Part shown: in pieces, positions 1-14,477 of the stretch | Position numbering within the stretch: the first letter of the stretch is position 1 | How the letters are laid out: each line of letters opens with the position of its first letter | NCBI GenBank assembly: GCA_012295275.1 | Contig: CM022670.1 | Location: 6,386,001-6,450,000 of the forward strand | Direction of reading: 5' to 3' | DNA length: 64,000 bases | Source of the DNA: Chrysomallon squamiferum | Taxonomy: Eukaryota; Animalia; Mollusca | Position numbers and translations under genes: made by a program | Notes under the pieces: generated by a model | The model's input: the letters and a program-made list of their open reading frames with translations, nothing else | Databases searched by the model: none | What the model was told of the DNA's origin: nothing

Positions 1-285
1 CAATTATGTGCCAGATTAGTTGTGTTATGATGAAAAAGAACAACGTTCTGTAGTTGGCGATGTTTAGTTGGTTACTCTAACAAGTAAAAATGAAGAAGTA
101 TAAAAAGAGAGAAAATGCTGAAATTGCTGAGATCAGAGACAGCTTGGGATTTCTGAACACAGTCACATTACGTGAACATTTTGTAAGCATCATTTGTGAT
201 TCTTGTCATCGTCATCTTGTTCCTACATCATCATCGTCACCTTGTTCCTACATCATCATCATCATCATCAGTTTACTTCATTTAT

Positions 286-317
<32 letters not shown>

Positions 318-1118
318 GCGTTGTAATTTCGTGTTTTGACGTTGTAGGGATGAGGTAAAACAAATCTGACTAGAAAGACATGGACCATCAACGTCATCAT
401 CGTCATCATCATCATCATCATCATTTTAAATATTCTCTGTGGTTTAAACAGCCAAAGAACACGTAAAAACTTTATATTTAATGAATAAGTTTGATAATTA
501 TTTCTTCTTTTCTTTTTATTTTTCAGATGTTTTATTTGTAAGACTACGTTGTTGTTGGATTTCTCTCCTCTTCAGAAGTTACGTTCTCCAGAAAGAATGG
601 AGTGATTTCATTTTTTTTTTTTTTTAAAAAGATCAAAACTGGAGTGCTGAAAATAATCTGTTTCCTTAACAGAATTTTTACACACAAAATCTTCTTTGTT
701 TGAAAAATAACACGTGTGCAGAAAAATCTTCATTATTTGGAAAGTAAAATGGATATTTCATAAAAATTAGATTTGCTTCTTCATGGATATTCTGGGGTAA
801 AGTAATAGTTTTTAAAATAAATTTAATAGCTTAAAGAAAAAGACAAAATTTATTTACAACAACGATTTTTGTAGTTAAAAACAGGACTGTATGAAAAAAA
901 AAATCGTTTCCTTGAAATGTAAATATTTGTGCTATGATGGAAAAGAAAATTGTTTATATAATACTTGATATTTTTAAAGCTACTTGATAATTTTACAGAC
1001 CTATTCATTTTTTATGGGTTATTTCATTTTTTGCAATCGTTTTTATGTGAATAATTGATTTTATTTTTAAATTTAGTGTTGTTAAAAGGAAAATTCCATT
1101 CAAATTTTCAGTTGTTCC

Positions 1119-1180
<62 letters not shown>

Positions 1181-1719
1181 TGTCGTTTTTATAACGAATA
1201 AGATAAAAACAAGAAATTTTTTTAAATTTTTTTAGTCAGTGGTAACATTTAAGATTAACTTTGAACATACAAGATATAAACAACGAACATTACTCTTTTT
1301 AAGGTAAAAGTTAGTTTACTTGCCAATGGGTGTCAAGAACAGTGTCAGTCAATAAGAAAAAGAACAGAGAAAGAAACAATATTACATTTTTTTTAAATCA
1401 AACAAAATAAAGATAAAAAGATATGAATGCATAGGTGGTCTAAGTAAATTTAGCTAAATCAATTTTTCTTTTGGGCTTATTCATTTTTTTTGTATATTTT
1501 TATTTGACTTTTTTAAACATTCACTTTTAATTTATTTATCAAAAACAAATAATTACTTTATCGTTTATCGATATTAAAAAAAAAAAAGAAAAGAAAAAAA
1601 AAATATTTAGAAAGTCGATTCATTTTATCTAAACATAACAAAAGTGACTATTTGAAGAGTCGAATGAGGATAATTAATAAAGCTGATAACATTTTCACCA
1701 AGCGAAGAGTTATGACGTC

Positions 1720-2776
1720 ATGACAGGAAACGTGACCAACTACACGGACTCGGAGTTTGAGATTTATCTGCTTCCTGTCTCCATTCTTGTTCCTGTTCTC
1801 GCCGTCGTCATCCCTCTCATCATCATGGCTGTCGTCGGCAACGCCCTCGTCATCATCTCGTACCTCAAAGACAAGACGCTGCAGACCGTGCACAACATGT
1901 ACATCTTCAACCTCGCCATCGCCGACTTCTTCATCGGGCTGTCCAGCATGAACTTCTACGTGGTCTACACCGTGACGGTGTGGCACTGGCCCCTGGGTCG
2001 GGCGATGTGCAAGGTTTTTCTCTGCATCGACTTCACTCTGTGCCTGGAAACCGTTCTCCTCATCATCGTCATCAGCCTCGACCGCCTCATCCTCATCACG
2101 TCGGGGGCGCAGTACTCGCAGCGCGAAACGAAGAACGTTGCCTACGTCAAGATCGCCGTCTCGTGGCTGTTTGCCTTCGCTCTGTACGGCCCGGCCATCA
2201 TCGGGTGGGACTACTGGGTCGGGGAGTCGTCCGTCGAGGACAACGACTGCGACACGGAGTTCAGCGACAACTTCGAATACACCTTTAGCGACGGCGATCG
2301 TGGAGTTCGTCGTTCCGTTTGTGTCCATCGCCGTGTTGAATTCTTTGATCTACTGCAAAATTCGAAAGCGCAACAAAGTCTTCGCTCAGAACGTCGTCAA
2401 TCCGTGCGTCATAACGGTGTCGTCGCGTCTCGACGTCCTCGACCGAAACGTGGCCAATCTTCCAGCCAATCAGAACACGGCAGCAAGCTCCAGATTATCA
2501 CGTGACAAGAAAGCGAGGAAATCATTGGCTCTGCTCGTTATCGTGTTCGGCATTTGCTGGGCGCCGTACACTGCGACCACCATTTTGAAAACTTTGTGCG
2601 AGTCTTGTGTGAACAAGAATTTCTACGAGTTTCAAACGTGGCTGCTTTGGTGCAAGTCGTGCGTCAACCCGCTTCTCTACGCTTACAGCAGCGTAAAGTT
2701 TCGTGAAAACTTCAAAAAACTCCTCTTCAGATGTTTCAGATACTCGAAGCCTTCTCAACAAAATTCCTATGTTTAA
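1720..2776 (+). CDS. Histamine H3/H4-like aminergic class A GPCR, intronless CDS, about 351 aa after removing one extra base at 2284-2287
   Basis: ORF 1720..2505 gives TM1-4: GNALV, NLAIADFFIG, TM3 CIDFTLC with D3.32, SLDRL, AFALYGPAIIGW. Overlapping ORF 2138..2776 gives TM5-7: EFVVPF, LSRDKKARKSL, CWAPYT, WLLW..NPLLY. These resemble vertebrate H3R motifs (AFLLYGPAILSW, LSRDRKVAKSL, CWAPYT). Strong GC3 bias against an AT-rich background. Confidence 0.9.
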
Positions 2777-3789
2777 CACATGAAACTGATCATTGCATAA
2801 ACGTTTAACTGACTGCCTGTAATTTTAAAACTATTTTATAAACAGGACGCTGTTTTGAACCATTGTAATGTACAGTTTATGTATATATATATATTTATTA
2901 CGTACAATTTGAGTATATCATAAAGTTTTATACTGTTGTTACGTATGCCACTGTCACGTGATCCAGTCAAGTAGATTATTTTACACGTCAGTTAATAATT
3001 TCACTTTCAGTTTGTTTTTAATCTAAAAGTTTACAGACGGCTGGGATCACTGGACCGTTATCTTATTAATAAAAAATTCAAAACAATAAATGATTTTAAA
3101 ATAGTTACTATCAAGACAAATAATTATATGTAATTATATACAGCACAGAAATGTCAGAGCTTATGCATTTATGTTGTTTAGCTGTCTGGATCCAAAAAAA
3201 AAAAAAAAAAAAAGAAAATAAAATAAAAAAAAGACAACAGTCGATACAACAAATTATACTAACGGGTCATCAAATGTTTAGTCTCCAAAAACAGAAGCGC
3301 CCGAGGTGTCTGCCAATACACCTACCGAACCAGCTTATATATATATTTCAAAAGAGAGTCTGTAGAGAGAAAAGGAACGTTGCCGAAGTTACTAAGACAA
3401 AAGAACTCTGTGGTATTTTTCAAGGCAAAACTGGCAGAGCCGGTGTGTGCTGTAATTTTTACTGGATTATTATCTCTTCGGAAAGTAACACAGAATCAAA
3501 AAATTAGGAATCACAGATTGTTATTAAATAATAAATTAATAAAAACGTTAAACTGGTGAAAATCTTACATAAAATTTCCATGCAGAATTTACCTTACTTT
3601 TTTAATACAATTATTCTAATAATCTGTTACATTACACTATCGGCGACGTTTTCTCGCTCAGATACATATAATATATATATATACAGGTAATGTTTTGCTA
3701 ACAGCATGTTGATTGTATTTAAACACGTTTACAAGGCAGTGCTTGGTTAGTATGTTGAACGATTTTGTTGAAAAGAAAGACTGTGACCT

Positions 3790-3833
3790 GACTTCACTCT
3801 TGTTAGTGACAGACTTCACTCTTGTTAGTGACA
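3790..3833. repeat. Perfect 22-bp tandem duplication
   Basis: gacttcactcttgttagtgaca x2. Confidence 0.95.
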
Positions 3834-4028
3834 AACCTGTATGAAGATCTCATTTATTACCTGTCGAAACTGAAAGATTAAAAGAAAGTAATATGACAGT
3901 TACTTCATGTGATAAAACTATTGGCGGAACTGAATCTGTTTGTGTATCTCTTTCACACTTCCACAATTAGTTCTGTTAGGAGACACTGTTCAGGATTCGA
4001 TCCGATGAGCTACATGTGATGAGGTGAC

Positions 4029-4076
<48 letters not shown>

Positions 4077-5009
4077 ATAATTAAACGTGACATTAATTGT
4101 AATCCAGACTAGATTTAACGCGATGTATGTGAGCACTGATTCGCTTTGTCTTGTTTATCCGTCTTTATTTATTTATTTATTATTTTTTGATACACAGGTA
4201 TGACATCAAAACAGCCACTAAATTCAGTAGACACGACATTTCTCTGTAGTTTATAACTATATCTTTTAGTGTCTTTTATTAACAAGATGTCATCAATACG
4301 TTAAAGGAATATATTTTATATCATCTATCTACCTACCAATCTATCACTACCTAACTACCTTACCTACCTACCGATCTTTGTATGAAGATAGACACATAGA
4401 TAGATAAATAGATATTGATATCCATCTATCTCTCTATCCACCAAACAGTCCATATATTTATCCACTCACACACATACAAACAGACACGCACATACAAACA
4501 CACGGTGATATAGGCAGTCTCTCTGTTTAAACACGGTAATTTCTTCCTGGGTGAAGAGAGTTTTGTTTCGCACAACGATTTTTCTAAACCAAACGCAACA
4601 ATACAGATATTTTAACAAAATGTTAGTTTAAATAAATTCAAATTAATTTTTAACAAATATAAATATAAAAATGTATATATAAAATACATGTGAAGTAATT
4701 TATTTTATGTCTTACATTTTGTATGTTTATTTTCTGTTCGTACAACATGTCAAATTTTTTTTTTTATTCTTAAATCATTTGTGAACAATTTTATTGTGAT
4801 ATTGTTGAAAATACATATTAAACTTTTAATTGTTTTCTGTTCTTATTTTATAGAAAATATTGTTTTCGCTACACTGAAATCAGTGTCATTTCACATTCAT
4901 CACTACCATCGCAATAAGAACCAGAACAACAACAACAACAACAAAAACAATGATAATAACCATAACAGCAACAGTAACAGTGATAATAAAAGAAAGGAAT
5001 TCAAGAAAA

Positions 5010-5142
<133 letters not shown>

Positions 5143-5245
5143 AAAGCCAACATTACGATATTATTATAAATAGTATGTTATCGAATAACATTATTTGTTC
5201 TTTTACTGCTACAACAACAACAACCACTACTACTACTATTACTAC

Positions 5246-5291
<46 letters not shown>

Positions 5292-5866
5292 TAAACATTT
5301 ACACTAAACCCTTTAGGAAAGCATTTTAGTAATTAATTTATTTAAACAAAATTACCTTGTCCAAGGTTATTCTATGTTTTTCAGTGAAACTGTCTTTTGA
5401 CAGTCTTGCAGATAAACTTTACTGCGTCCTATGGTGTACAAAGTTAATGACGTCATTCCATTGTTGACGTCATATTTGTATATATGCTGTCAGAAATAGA
5501 AATAATTCGACTGATACTAGTCGTGAAATATAGGATCATAATAATACATATCAAATATTATATAAACAATGTTCTTTTCCAAAGCACAAATATTTACACT
5601 TCAAGGAAACGATTTTTTTTTTCAGATATAAGCAGGTATAGGTAAGTTTCTTTATGCTATCAAAGCACAGTTTTTGATGATGTAATCAGTAACGAGCTAG
5701 GAATTCAAAACACAAAATGACTTTCAAGAAAACAAAACCAAATAAAATAAATTTAGCAATCTCTTAAACCTTTTATTTTATTTATTTTTTTTTTTGCTGG
5801 TGACACTTTTTTTTTTTCATTTCATATGATAAATGCTTTTCTAAAAAATGTATTTATTTATTTATT

Positions 5867-5929
<63 letters not shown>

Positions 5930-6085
5930 TTTATGTATGTGTGTGTTCTTTTTTTATGAGAACGCTTATCTATGTGTGCGTGTGCGCGTATATATGTTTA
6001 TGTCCTCATGAGTAACAGAGAGTAACTAAATTTATTAATTATAATACGCTTTAAAACAGTGTTTTAAACAAAATATCTCGCCACA

Positions 6086-6141
<56 letters not shown>

Positions 6142-7913
6142 ATTATCTAGGGGGAACCAATCCAGAGACATTTTTTTACAAAGCATCTTGTGGTTATTTC
6201 CCTTGAATCAGATCACGTTATTTTGAAAAAACAATGACTGGCGTGTATTAGAAATTTCTAATTAAATTCATTAGATTTCAAAAAGTTATCCGTAAAGTTA
6301 GTCTGTATGTAATACTAAAAATAAAAATAATTTCATAGTAATTTAGTCGAATTCGCATCACAGAAATGATTAGAAACGATTATTAATTAATATTTTATGG
6401 ATACAATCAACGGCAAATAAAGTACCTGTTATTAGTGCAAATATTTCACAACAAATCAAAGCACGCTTGTCGTGGGTACTGTCTGTATCAGGATAAAATT
6501 GCTAAATTTATCAGAAATGTAAAAATCTACATCGTCTCTTCTTACTAACTAAACTGTTAACAACACATAAACAATAGCAAAGTCTAAAACTCTAAAACAC
6601 CAACACTGTGTTAAGTTAGAACCTTGCTGCTAGATAAATTCAACATATAAGTACTCGAATCTCCAGTTTCTAGTGGGTGATTGATTGAATTACGTTCGAT
6701 TATAGTTTAAGCCACAGCACATGTTGATCGTTTAGTTTCTTTAAAATTTAACGTTTCTTTTCTCTTGTTTTTTTTGAGTCCAAAACGGTTTTTGTAAGAT
6801 ACATGCGGTGTTTTAATCGCGATGGTGTTATCTGTCTTCTTGTGTTTTGTTTGAGAGATCTGTGTGTGTTTACAAAACACAGGTTTGTTTTTCCTGTTTT
6901 GTTTTTATAAAGAAAACTTTACCAGTTCACGTGATACTCTTGTTGTTTCTGTATCCGCAGTCACGTTAGATCGTAATGTAACAAAAAAAAAAAAAAAAAA
7001 AAAGTATATGAATTGTGGGATCACAGTTAACAATAACAGCATCGTCATAAACAACAACAACAACATCAACAACAACAATACTATAAAAAAAGTAATAATA
7101 ACAATAATGACAAGAACAACAACAGTACTGTTATTACCAATGTTTCTTCTAATACTACAACTACTACTACTAGTACTTAGAGTAAACAGTGTACAGTTTA
7201 CTTTGTCATAATAGATATTTATTATATTGAATATATACGGAATAACTGATTATTATGTTAAGATATCAGCTTGGTCCTTCGAAGAGTAGAATGACGAATT
7301 GCAGCGACACACGCACGCACACATACACCACGCACACACACACATATCACTCTGGATAGATATATAGAAATACAGAAAGACAGACAGATAGATATATAGC
7401 CAGAAATTGCGTTACTGAGTGTTGTAATAATATATATTAACCTTTTACTGAAAAGGAAAAAAAAAAAAAAATTGTTTTATTAATTATCGTATTATTTTAT
7501 AATAAGAGACATTTATTACACGTTTATGGTCACTATATTAATGTGCTTCTGTCGATTTATTTTATGTTTTTCTAACAATATAGACATTCACACATAGCTG
7601 AGCTCTGCATTGCTGTGAGTAAATTGTATTTATACGAACTGAGATAGTATCGTTAGTAATATTTTCATCGTGACGTCTAATTAACAAGTATACACCAGGG
7701 ACGGAAGATTAATATAAAACAGAAATAAATGTAATAGTTGCAGAAAACAGAGCAAAAAAGACAAAAATCAATACGATTATGATATCGAACTCGATGACCT
7801 TCACCACTTCAAACAGACGTTCAGTCTCTGATGTTAATGTAATGTGTAATTTGTTTTAGTAAGAATGTTTTATTTTTAATACTAATACTCATAATGATAA
7901 TGGTAATGATAAC

Positions 7914-7995
<82 letters not shown>

Positions 7996-8425
7996 TAGGA
8001 TCGGTATGTGTGCGTGTGTGTGTGTGTAGGTGTCTGTATATGTATGTATATTTTATGTGTGTATATATGTGTGTGTGTACGTATGTGTGTGTGTGTGCGT
8101 GTGACTAGATGTGCGTATGTGATGGTTTCTTCTTTTGGTGTGTAGTTGTGTATGAATTTGGAAGATCGTGTGCGAGTGGGTGTTTGTATTCGTGCATTTG
8201 TGTGCGTGTGTATGTGTGCGTATGTAAGTGTATAGTAGTTTATCTGTGGTTGTGTATATAAGTGTATATATGTTATGTATGTGTCTGTATGTTTTACCTG
8301 CGTGTGTATGTATGTGTGTGTACGTAATTATGTCTGTATATTTGTGTATGTGTGTAGGAATGTATTTATCAATGTATGTACGTGTGTATGTATGAATGAA
8401 TGTATCTCTGTATGTATGTGTATAT
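7914..8425. repeat. (AAT)n followed by a degenerate TG/TATG tract
   Basis: Directly visible. Confidence 0.9.
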
Positions 8426-9720
8426 TATTAGCAAGTTAATCAGAATATATATCACTACAGTCATCATTTAACTAAAGTTTGTAAAATTAGTATTGATTTG
8501 TATCTGACATGACTCTGAAATCAGAACGTACAACAGAAACCAAACTCTCACTGTTAAACTCTTTCGTTTTAAATAATTTGTTCAACCTCTGATATTTATT
8601 GTTCTTGATATTTTAAACAAATAAAGAAAATCTGAAAATGTCATTTCTGTAGTTTCAGAATACCAGTGAAATTGTAAAATATTTAAAAGTGAACAGACAA
8701 CAGACAATTTAAAAAATATATATATATTTATATTATAATTTCTAGTTTAAAATAGTACGAAAGAGTTGCGATAAAACGAAAGATTGCCTTTCACAGATTA
8801 CTCAGAATTAATGTCAAAGATATCATGTAAATTTTGACTGGTATTTGAAATTCCCAGCTGACATGTGACTGAGTATCATATTCCCAGTGTAAAAATACAG
8901 TATTATATTACTGAAATTGATGATGAATTTATTAAATAGTTGACGTTGAAATAACGATACTATTCAACCAGCATAACCAAATGTTGAGAATCCATCTTAA
9001 TTTAACTCCCTATTGTTAACTGTTCATCATTTCAAATGTACATAATATTATTTTTTTAAAAAAGAAGAAATTTTCAGTAACTCTCATACTTGAGTGTGTA
9101 TGTAAATTTACAAAACATGCACTATATATATATATTTATAAATAAAATTCTCTATTACACTGTAATTCTAAATTTCATCAAAGTGAAAAGATGTGACACT
9201 GAGAAATCGTCTCTCGTTAACCTTCCGTTTCCGCCATGTTTATTTTGATGGAAACAAATATGCAGTTTGGCAGTCAAAAATCTTTTGACTGACATTTGAT
9301 AACTGCTTTACCCTGACGTATCTCACTGTGGGGAATTTAATGTGATTGTGATGGAGTATTTTTATTAATATTCTACAACTATACAAGGTCGTTAAGAGGT
9401 TGTCTGCACCCCCGGGAAAACATGACTTCGTCGTCTGCTTAGATATTATATTTTTTTTTTTTTTTTTTTTATACAGTGAGCAGAACTAATAATCAGTAAA
9501 AAAAAAAAAAAAAAAAAAATTAAAAATATTGCCGACAGATAAAGCTCACAGCAAATTTACTTTATCAGACGCATTACACAGCATTTAGACTAACCGTTTG
9601 ATAAAAGAAAAATAATTTGTAAATGTATAGATGCATTTACTACTATTTCAACCATAACTATTCATTTATCGCTGCTGCTGCAGCTACAGCAACAACGACA
9701 ACAACAACAACAACACCACC

Positions 9721-9761
<41 letters not shown>

Positions 9762-10874
9762 TAACGCGAACTGTTCCAGCCATTCACTTAATGCTATTAT
9801 CTACTCTACTGTTTAATATTAATATCCGTACATTTCCTGACCACTCTGTACTCTCGTCTCTCTGGGGATTCGTCTACGACACACCGCCATCTGGGCTTGC
9901 ACAGAACTACTTAGATCATCAGTGTCCCTGAATGTTTCTCTTTCTTTGACCCTACACATTTATCAAAACTATTTGTTCTTAGTCAGTGGCGGTCGATCTG
10001 AACGTGAGGTCAAAGGTCGTGTCGGTGACAGACGTAGGCGACGCTAGCTGAAAGTATCAGAGAATACCGAATGCAAAATTCAGTGTGTTGTTATTGTATG
10101 GGATTAATTTAAATATTTGTGTATAGGAATTACACAGCGGTGAGATCATGCAATGAAATACGTGTTTTAGAAAGAAAATTATGTTACTGTTAGTCATTCA
10201 TTCAAATACACCTTTCTTCGTCTTCTTCTTCTTCTTCTTCTATTATTATTATTATTTTCATCATTATCATCATCATGACTATCATCTTTATTACTGATAT
10301 TATTGTCGTTACCACGGTTGTTATAATCATGATCGTTATGTCAATTATTTTAATGTTTTCGTGATTTTTGTATTATTGTTGTTTTTATTTGTGTTTGGAC
10401 CGTATTCATAAAAGGAAGTAGCTGGTTTCGATCCGTGAACCATCTGGACACATTAACCATATTATATTGTATACTGCTGTGTAGAAAAATACACACATAC
10501 ACACTTACACACATACACTCTCACACACACACTCGAATAATAAATACAAAAATAAGAATTACAAAATTTAGAAAAAAAGTAGGAACTTGGATTCGATCCT
10601 CGTGCTCTGTGAACAGGTTAACTCTATAACAGAGTGAATTGCAGGCTGTGCTGGTGTATGCAGGTCAGAAACAATATCTGCTTGACCCAATCAACGCGAA
10701 ACAACTCGCCAATCTCTAATGAGATTACAAACGATGCAGAGACGTGGCTCCACTATTTCTAGTCACATCCGTGTGTCCACTGAGACAGATACCAATAGAA
10801 AATCAATCTCGTACAAATCTGTCTGAGCCTTTTAAATACCACAGCGTATCAAACACTTCTAGTGCTCAGCACTG

Positions 10875-11345
10875 ACACACACCACACTTCACTACACTAG
10901 TTTTAACACACACTACACTAGATTTAATATACATTACTTTACACTACACTTGTTTTTAGATAGAATACTGTAAAAAAAAAACTAGTTTTAACACCGAATA
11001 CAATACATACACACTAGATTTAATATACACTACTTTACACTACATTAGTTTTAATACACACTGCACTACATTACACTGGTTTTAACTCACAGTACTGTAC
11101 ACTACACTAGTTTTAACATAGTAGTTTACATTACACTATTTTTAACATAGTAGTTTGCACTACACCAGTTTGTACACTACACTAGTTTTAAGACACCATT
11201 CTTTACACCACACAAGATTTAACACATAGTACTTACTAGGTCGGTTTTAGCTCACGCTACTTTACACTACACTAGTTTTAGCAGTCTGTACGTTACATTA
11301 AACTACTTTTGACACACATTACTTTACACTACACAAGATCTAACA
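10875..11345. repeat. Degenerate minisatellite, unit about 28 bp (tttacactacactagttttaacac...)
   Basis: Repeated acactagttttaa cores at regular spacing. Confidence 0.85.
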
Positions 11346-12185
11346 TCATCAGATAACAAAAGGTCTTCACATTACATTGTTATTATTATTGTTGCGGTTG
11401 TTTTATTGTTGTTATTGATTATAATGAGGAAGAAGAAAAAGATTATTGTGATGATATTGATACTGTTGTGGGTTTTTTGTGGGTTTTTTCTGAGCATTTA
11501 TTATTATTATTAAATTTTTATTTTAAATCTTTTATTTTAGCACTACTGGAGCTGATCGCTTTTCTTCCAAACTATTACGAACTGTGCTTTTTGGTTAAAA
11601 TTGTTTTAACCCCTTATCAGCCATCTCTAACAAGTTAAGCTGTAGCTGTCTTTTAACACAATTTATTTTGTAACAGTCGTGCACACACCGTTCATGACAA
11701 AATACCACAGCAAAACGTTTGTGACCAGACCAGAAGTGTTTCCATTTCAAATAAAACTGTTTCCATATAGATATTTCTGTTTTAACAAACATTTTAAAAC
11801 TCAACGGTCACACTAGCAATCATCATATTAATCAGGCTTGCTGAGTATATTTATAACGTTCCAAATTACTCGATTTCAAGAAACAGTTCTTGCTGCATTG
11901 CGATTTATCATTTCTGATTAATATGCTAAAAGCCAGGCTAGCTCTGGAGAATAAGTCAGTTTTGTATTAAACCACTTCTGTCTACATCTATCTGTGTCTA
12001 ACTCATCTGATGGCAGCTATGTCGTGATTAGCGTGTTAAAACATAACAGGTTCTCAAGTCTGGCTTTAGTTCCAGATTACTGTGAGTGATCGGCTGAAAC
12101 TGTTGTGTTTGTCCGTCCATTGAACACCTTTTATCTCCACCATTAACGACGTACTTGAAAACACACCCAACGGTCCATCTCTCCG

Positions 12186-12200
12186 CCACAAGAGGGCAGC
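12186..12200 (+). promoter_or_regulatory. CTCF-like core motif
   Basis: CCACAAGAGGGCAGC, close to the CCASYAGRKGGCRS consensus, within a GC-richer island. Confidence 0.55.
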
Positions 12201-14033
12201 ACTGTGTTAATGAAGCGTAACATCTTGACAATAACCGGTGTCTCAAACATGGTCGGTCGACAGGCTGCTTGACATTGACCGAGAAAATAGCCGCCCTTTG
12301 CTTTGTGGCCGGCGGAATACATCTGACTGTGTAGCGGGTAAATATCTAATTGGATTGGGTACAAAACGACAAAGACTTTTCATTCAAGTCGGCTGTTTCT
12401 TTGTGCTGTAGAAAGAAATGAGCGGAACTAAGACGTCCAGAATGAGCGCGGTGCTTTATGGGATCCGTTACAAGACAATGGCGCAGACGCAGATGTAATT
12501 TTCAGTCAAAATCTCAGTCGTTTACTAGATTTACAATCATTTTCCGTAATTATCTTTTTCTTTTTTAATCCACGGTCACTTCCCGGGGGTGTAGGTTTCA
12601 CCCGCATCGTAAAACACAAACGTGGTGGCAGAAAGACAAAGAATTCCTAACAACACCATCAGCAGTTTGAACTTAGGCGACAGCGAAGTGTGCGCCCATA
12701 ATGTCTTCTCGGTTTCCAGTTTCTCTCCAAAATTTGTATCTTCTGTGGGGTCGTTTTAACAAACGAGAGACAGTACATTGTAAATGTGTAAAATATATTG
12801 ATGCAATAAAGAGTATGAAGTACCAGTTTAGAAAGCTGAGTAAATATATAAATGTTTTATTTTGTTCACGTTCTCCATCTGTTTTTCTTTGAAGATAAAC
12901 AACTGTAGTATTCTTTGAAAATAAAATTGTTTAAAACACAAACTGATTTACCTTTGATCTTTAAAACATAGATTTACGGCCATCATTATTATTTTTTTTT
13001 TATCTAATACTTCTATTAATACTTCTATTAATACTACTTCCACTGTTGAGACCGTTACTATGACTGCTTCTACTTATTTAACTTCTATTTATGTACACGA
13101 GAAGATTATAATATTTAAAGAAAGTAAACAAATTTACACAATCAAATATTACTTTACCAAAAAAAAAAAAAAAAAAAAAAAATCTACCAATTAACATCAT
13201 TACTAATGATGTATAAAGCTAAAATTATCACAATAACTAAAAGTTATCTAACAATCTATCACGGAATTTTTTCTACCTGTTTATTTAAAACGATAAATCA
13301 CTTTAGCATGGTTAATACGGGTGTAACACGCAGGGCTGGCTTGTTTGTGTTATCTAATCAGATCATCAGTGCTCGCGTATCGCCGAGCACGTGGAGAAAA
13401 GAAATAAAACAAAGAGTTAACAAAGCGAAGTGAGATCGAGTTCACACTCTCGTGGTTTCTCTTCACAAAAGTGATATGACGTGTTATCGTACAGATACTG
13501 TTTTAGAATATTTTCACTTTTTCTCCATTTCTTTGCCGTTAAATGGAAAAGTTTAATTATTCAAGAGAATTTATCGTTAATGTCAGATTTATGGAGTGGA
13601 ATTCAAAAGTAAGGAAAGAAGAATGTAACTTTTGAAATTAATGTTAGTGCAGATTTGAGAAAAATTGACGTTTAGATTGCGAAAATAGAAGTCTTTTTTC
13701 AAAGAGTATTTTTGTTTGTTATTAACTTTTTCATCGTTTGAAACTGATACAACATAAAACAATTAACTCGAATGATTGAATGATAAAAATTATAAAATTT
13801 ATTTATGTAAGATGTTTACATATATATATATATACACATAGTACATGCATAAAGACATAAACATATTACCTTAAATATAAACAAAAAAACATTATTTAGT
13901 TTTAGAGTTTATAAAACAAACAAAAACACACACACATATGCATAAAATGTTTACATATATATCTATATATATATTCATATCTATAACTATATATATATAT
14001 ATATATATTTCACAGCATACATAATTTATTATG

Positions 14034-14097
<64 letters not shown>

Positions 14098-14477
14098 ATA
14101 CATATATAATCAAACATAAAGGCGGATCCTGGACTTCAGATAACAATTATAATAACTGTTATCAACGTAACTTTCATTTTGGAAAAAAAGCACATCACGT
14201 ACACAGCACATTCCTCGAGTCAATACAAAGGCTTCTTACTGCATATTTTACTTGTCACACTGAGACAGGAATTCACCTCAGATTTCTCTGTTGTGTTGCT
14301 ACAAATACAAGTCATATGATAGCCCCCGTGACGACTGGAGTCCTGTGATACTTCAGCGAATCAATATGAGAGGAGAGCATAACGAGGAATAACAAATTAC
14401 TTGTTGACAGTCACTGCTGAGTCGGCTCTCTTCTCTTCTGATCCCGATTAGTGGAAAATTTACATTCGCTGTACTGA

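Noticed and set aside
1648-2328. 226-aa antisense ORF over the GPCR
   Set aside because: A shadow of high-GC3 codons on the coding strand, with no recognisable domain.
2653-2655. TM7 lysine as an opsin retinal-binding site
   Set aside because: It is at 7.45 rather than 7.43, and the receptor has an aminergic D3.32.
13369-13390. Small hairpin GTGCTCG...CGAGCAC
   Set aside because: Too short for a miRNA precursor, and there is no Helitron CTRR end nearby.
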